This document shows positions 34,511-35,753 of a DNA stretch of 35,753 nucleotides, in pieces (the first letter of the stretch is position 1; every line of letters begins with the position of its first letter). The translations under genes were made by a program, and so were the position numbers. This stretch comes from Octopus bimaculoides (taxonomy: Eukaryota), in contig NC_068989.1 in NCBI RefSeq assembly GCF_001194135.2, positions 38,922,375-38,958,127 of the forward strand, in the 5' to 3' direction. The notes beneath the pieces are model-generated. The model was not told the origin of the DNA and made no database searches. It saw only the letters and a list, made by a program, of their open reading frames with translations.

Positions 34511-35101
34511 TGATCAGCTATCATTCCAAATTGCTCCCCAGACCATCACAGAATGGCTGCCATGTTACCTTGTTGGCTGCAATCTTTTTACATCAAATTC
34601 TTGATCACAGAGTCTCCAGACCCACACTCGACCATCATCAGAGAATAGGACAATATCCCAAAATGCTAGTGGCCTCTCCACCATCTCACTGGCCCAATCT
34701 TTTCTCTGCTTGATATTAGCTGGTCAATGAAGTGGCTTTCTTCTTGTTGCTCTTTCATAGTAACCAAGTGTTCTGCCATAATAACTAGCTGTTCTGAGAC
34801 TGACATCAACTTGTTCTTCCCATGTCTACTGAATTGCACAATGACTTTATTAACTGTAGAAACCAGGATCTCAAGATTTTCTGCGATTTTATGCTATGTC
34901 CACATTCAGAATGACCCACAATATGGACTCTTAAAAATTCAGACAGTTACAAGGCTTCTTTTGTACATGGCATGACTGAACAGTCACATATAAAATCCGA
35001 AGTAAAAAATGTCAATTAGTAAAAAAAATAGACCTTTAGAAGTCAGAAAAAACATAAACCGATGTTTTATGGGGTGTCTATTTACTTCTGTTATGTCTGT
35101 G
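34511..35101 (-). mobile_element. Tc1 element 5' half (TIR, leader, N-terminal transposase)
   Basis: TA|CACAGACATAACAGAAGTAAATAGACACCCC end at 35101; ATG at 34973 (-) gives MPCTKEAL*LSEFLRVHIVG..., continuing through frameshifts to VMVWGAIW. Confidence 0.8.
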
Positions 35102-35122
35102 TATATGTGTGTNNNNNNNNNN

Positions 35123-35753
35123 CTGAAATTATATATTCAAATTATTCATTAATTGTTATAATGTGAATATTTGATATTTAGTAAACATGCCCTTTGCATT
35201 TTTCAATGCAAGGATCCAATTAGGCATGTTACAGGTCAGATGATGAATATTCTCTTGCAGAATTTCTTGCCAAGTTTCATGCAGTAATCTCAAAAGATCT
35301 GGCTTTGAAGATGCTTTCGTTTTCTTTTTATGAAGTGTCCTGTCCATTATGTCCCAGAAGTGTTCAATAGAGTTCATATCTGGTGACTGGTTTGGTCATG
35401 GAAGCTTTTTAATTCCATTCTCATCCAACAAATCTTGGGTCAGTTTAGCCATGTGACATCTTCCATAAAGAGTCTTCTTTAATCATTTCACCACTGGAGA
35501 AGATTGGAAGGAGTCCTTTCTGCAATATGGACACATATTTATCTGAGTTTATGTTTCCCTCACACTCAACCAGCTCTGATCAGCTATCATTCCAAATTGC
35601 TCCCCAGACCATCACAGAATGGCTGCCATGTTACCTTGTTGGCTGCAATCTTTTTACATCAAATTCTTGATCACAGAGTCTCCAGACCCACACTCGACCA
35701 TCATCAGAGAATAGGACAATATCCCAAAATGCTAGTGGCCTCTCCACCATCTC
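35123..35753 (-). mobile_element. Tc1 element 3' half (DD34E-type catalytic region), degraded
   Basis: VMVWGAIW...INSDKYVSILQK...FMED(GAP deleted)CHMAKLTQ...WPNQSPDMNSIEHFW...KNAKGMFTKY; restoring GAP gives 34 residues between D and E. 35577-35753 is identical to 34511-34687. Confidence 0.88.

Overview
AT-rich eukaryotic genomic DNA from a draft assembly, with N gaps at 4470-4508, 19377-19691, 24900-24909, 34000-34510 and 35113-35122. The window consists almost entirely of microsatellites and decayed, nested transposable elements. The repeat families and microsatellite load look like an octopus/cephalopod genome; this is inferred from recalled repeat patterns, not from a search. I found no intact protein-coding gene, RNA gene or CRISPR array, and nearly all supplied ORFs are microsatellite or N-gap artefacts. 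Recognisable elements: an R4/Dong-like LINE RT relic, two RTE-type LINEs, a CR1-group LINE, older L2/CR1-like RT relics, a Penelope GIY-YIG relic, a Helitron (PIF1 helicase plus 5' terminus), four mariner pieces including a MITE, a DD41D (rosa-type) element, a near full-length Tigger/pogo, a Tc1, and many tRNA-type SINEs. I cannot support a wholly new biological system. The best leads are: a LINE-SINE pair sharing a 3' tail, modular SINEs sharing a core block, an intron-like insert in the Tigger transposase, a CR1 nested in a Helitron, and a CpG-decay signature suggesting germline methylation. Two exact duplications next to gaps are probably assembly artefacts. Translations and alignments were done by eye, so boundaries of old elements are approximate.
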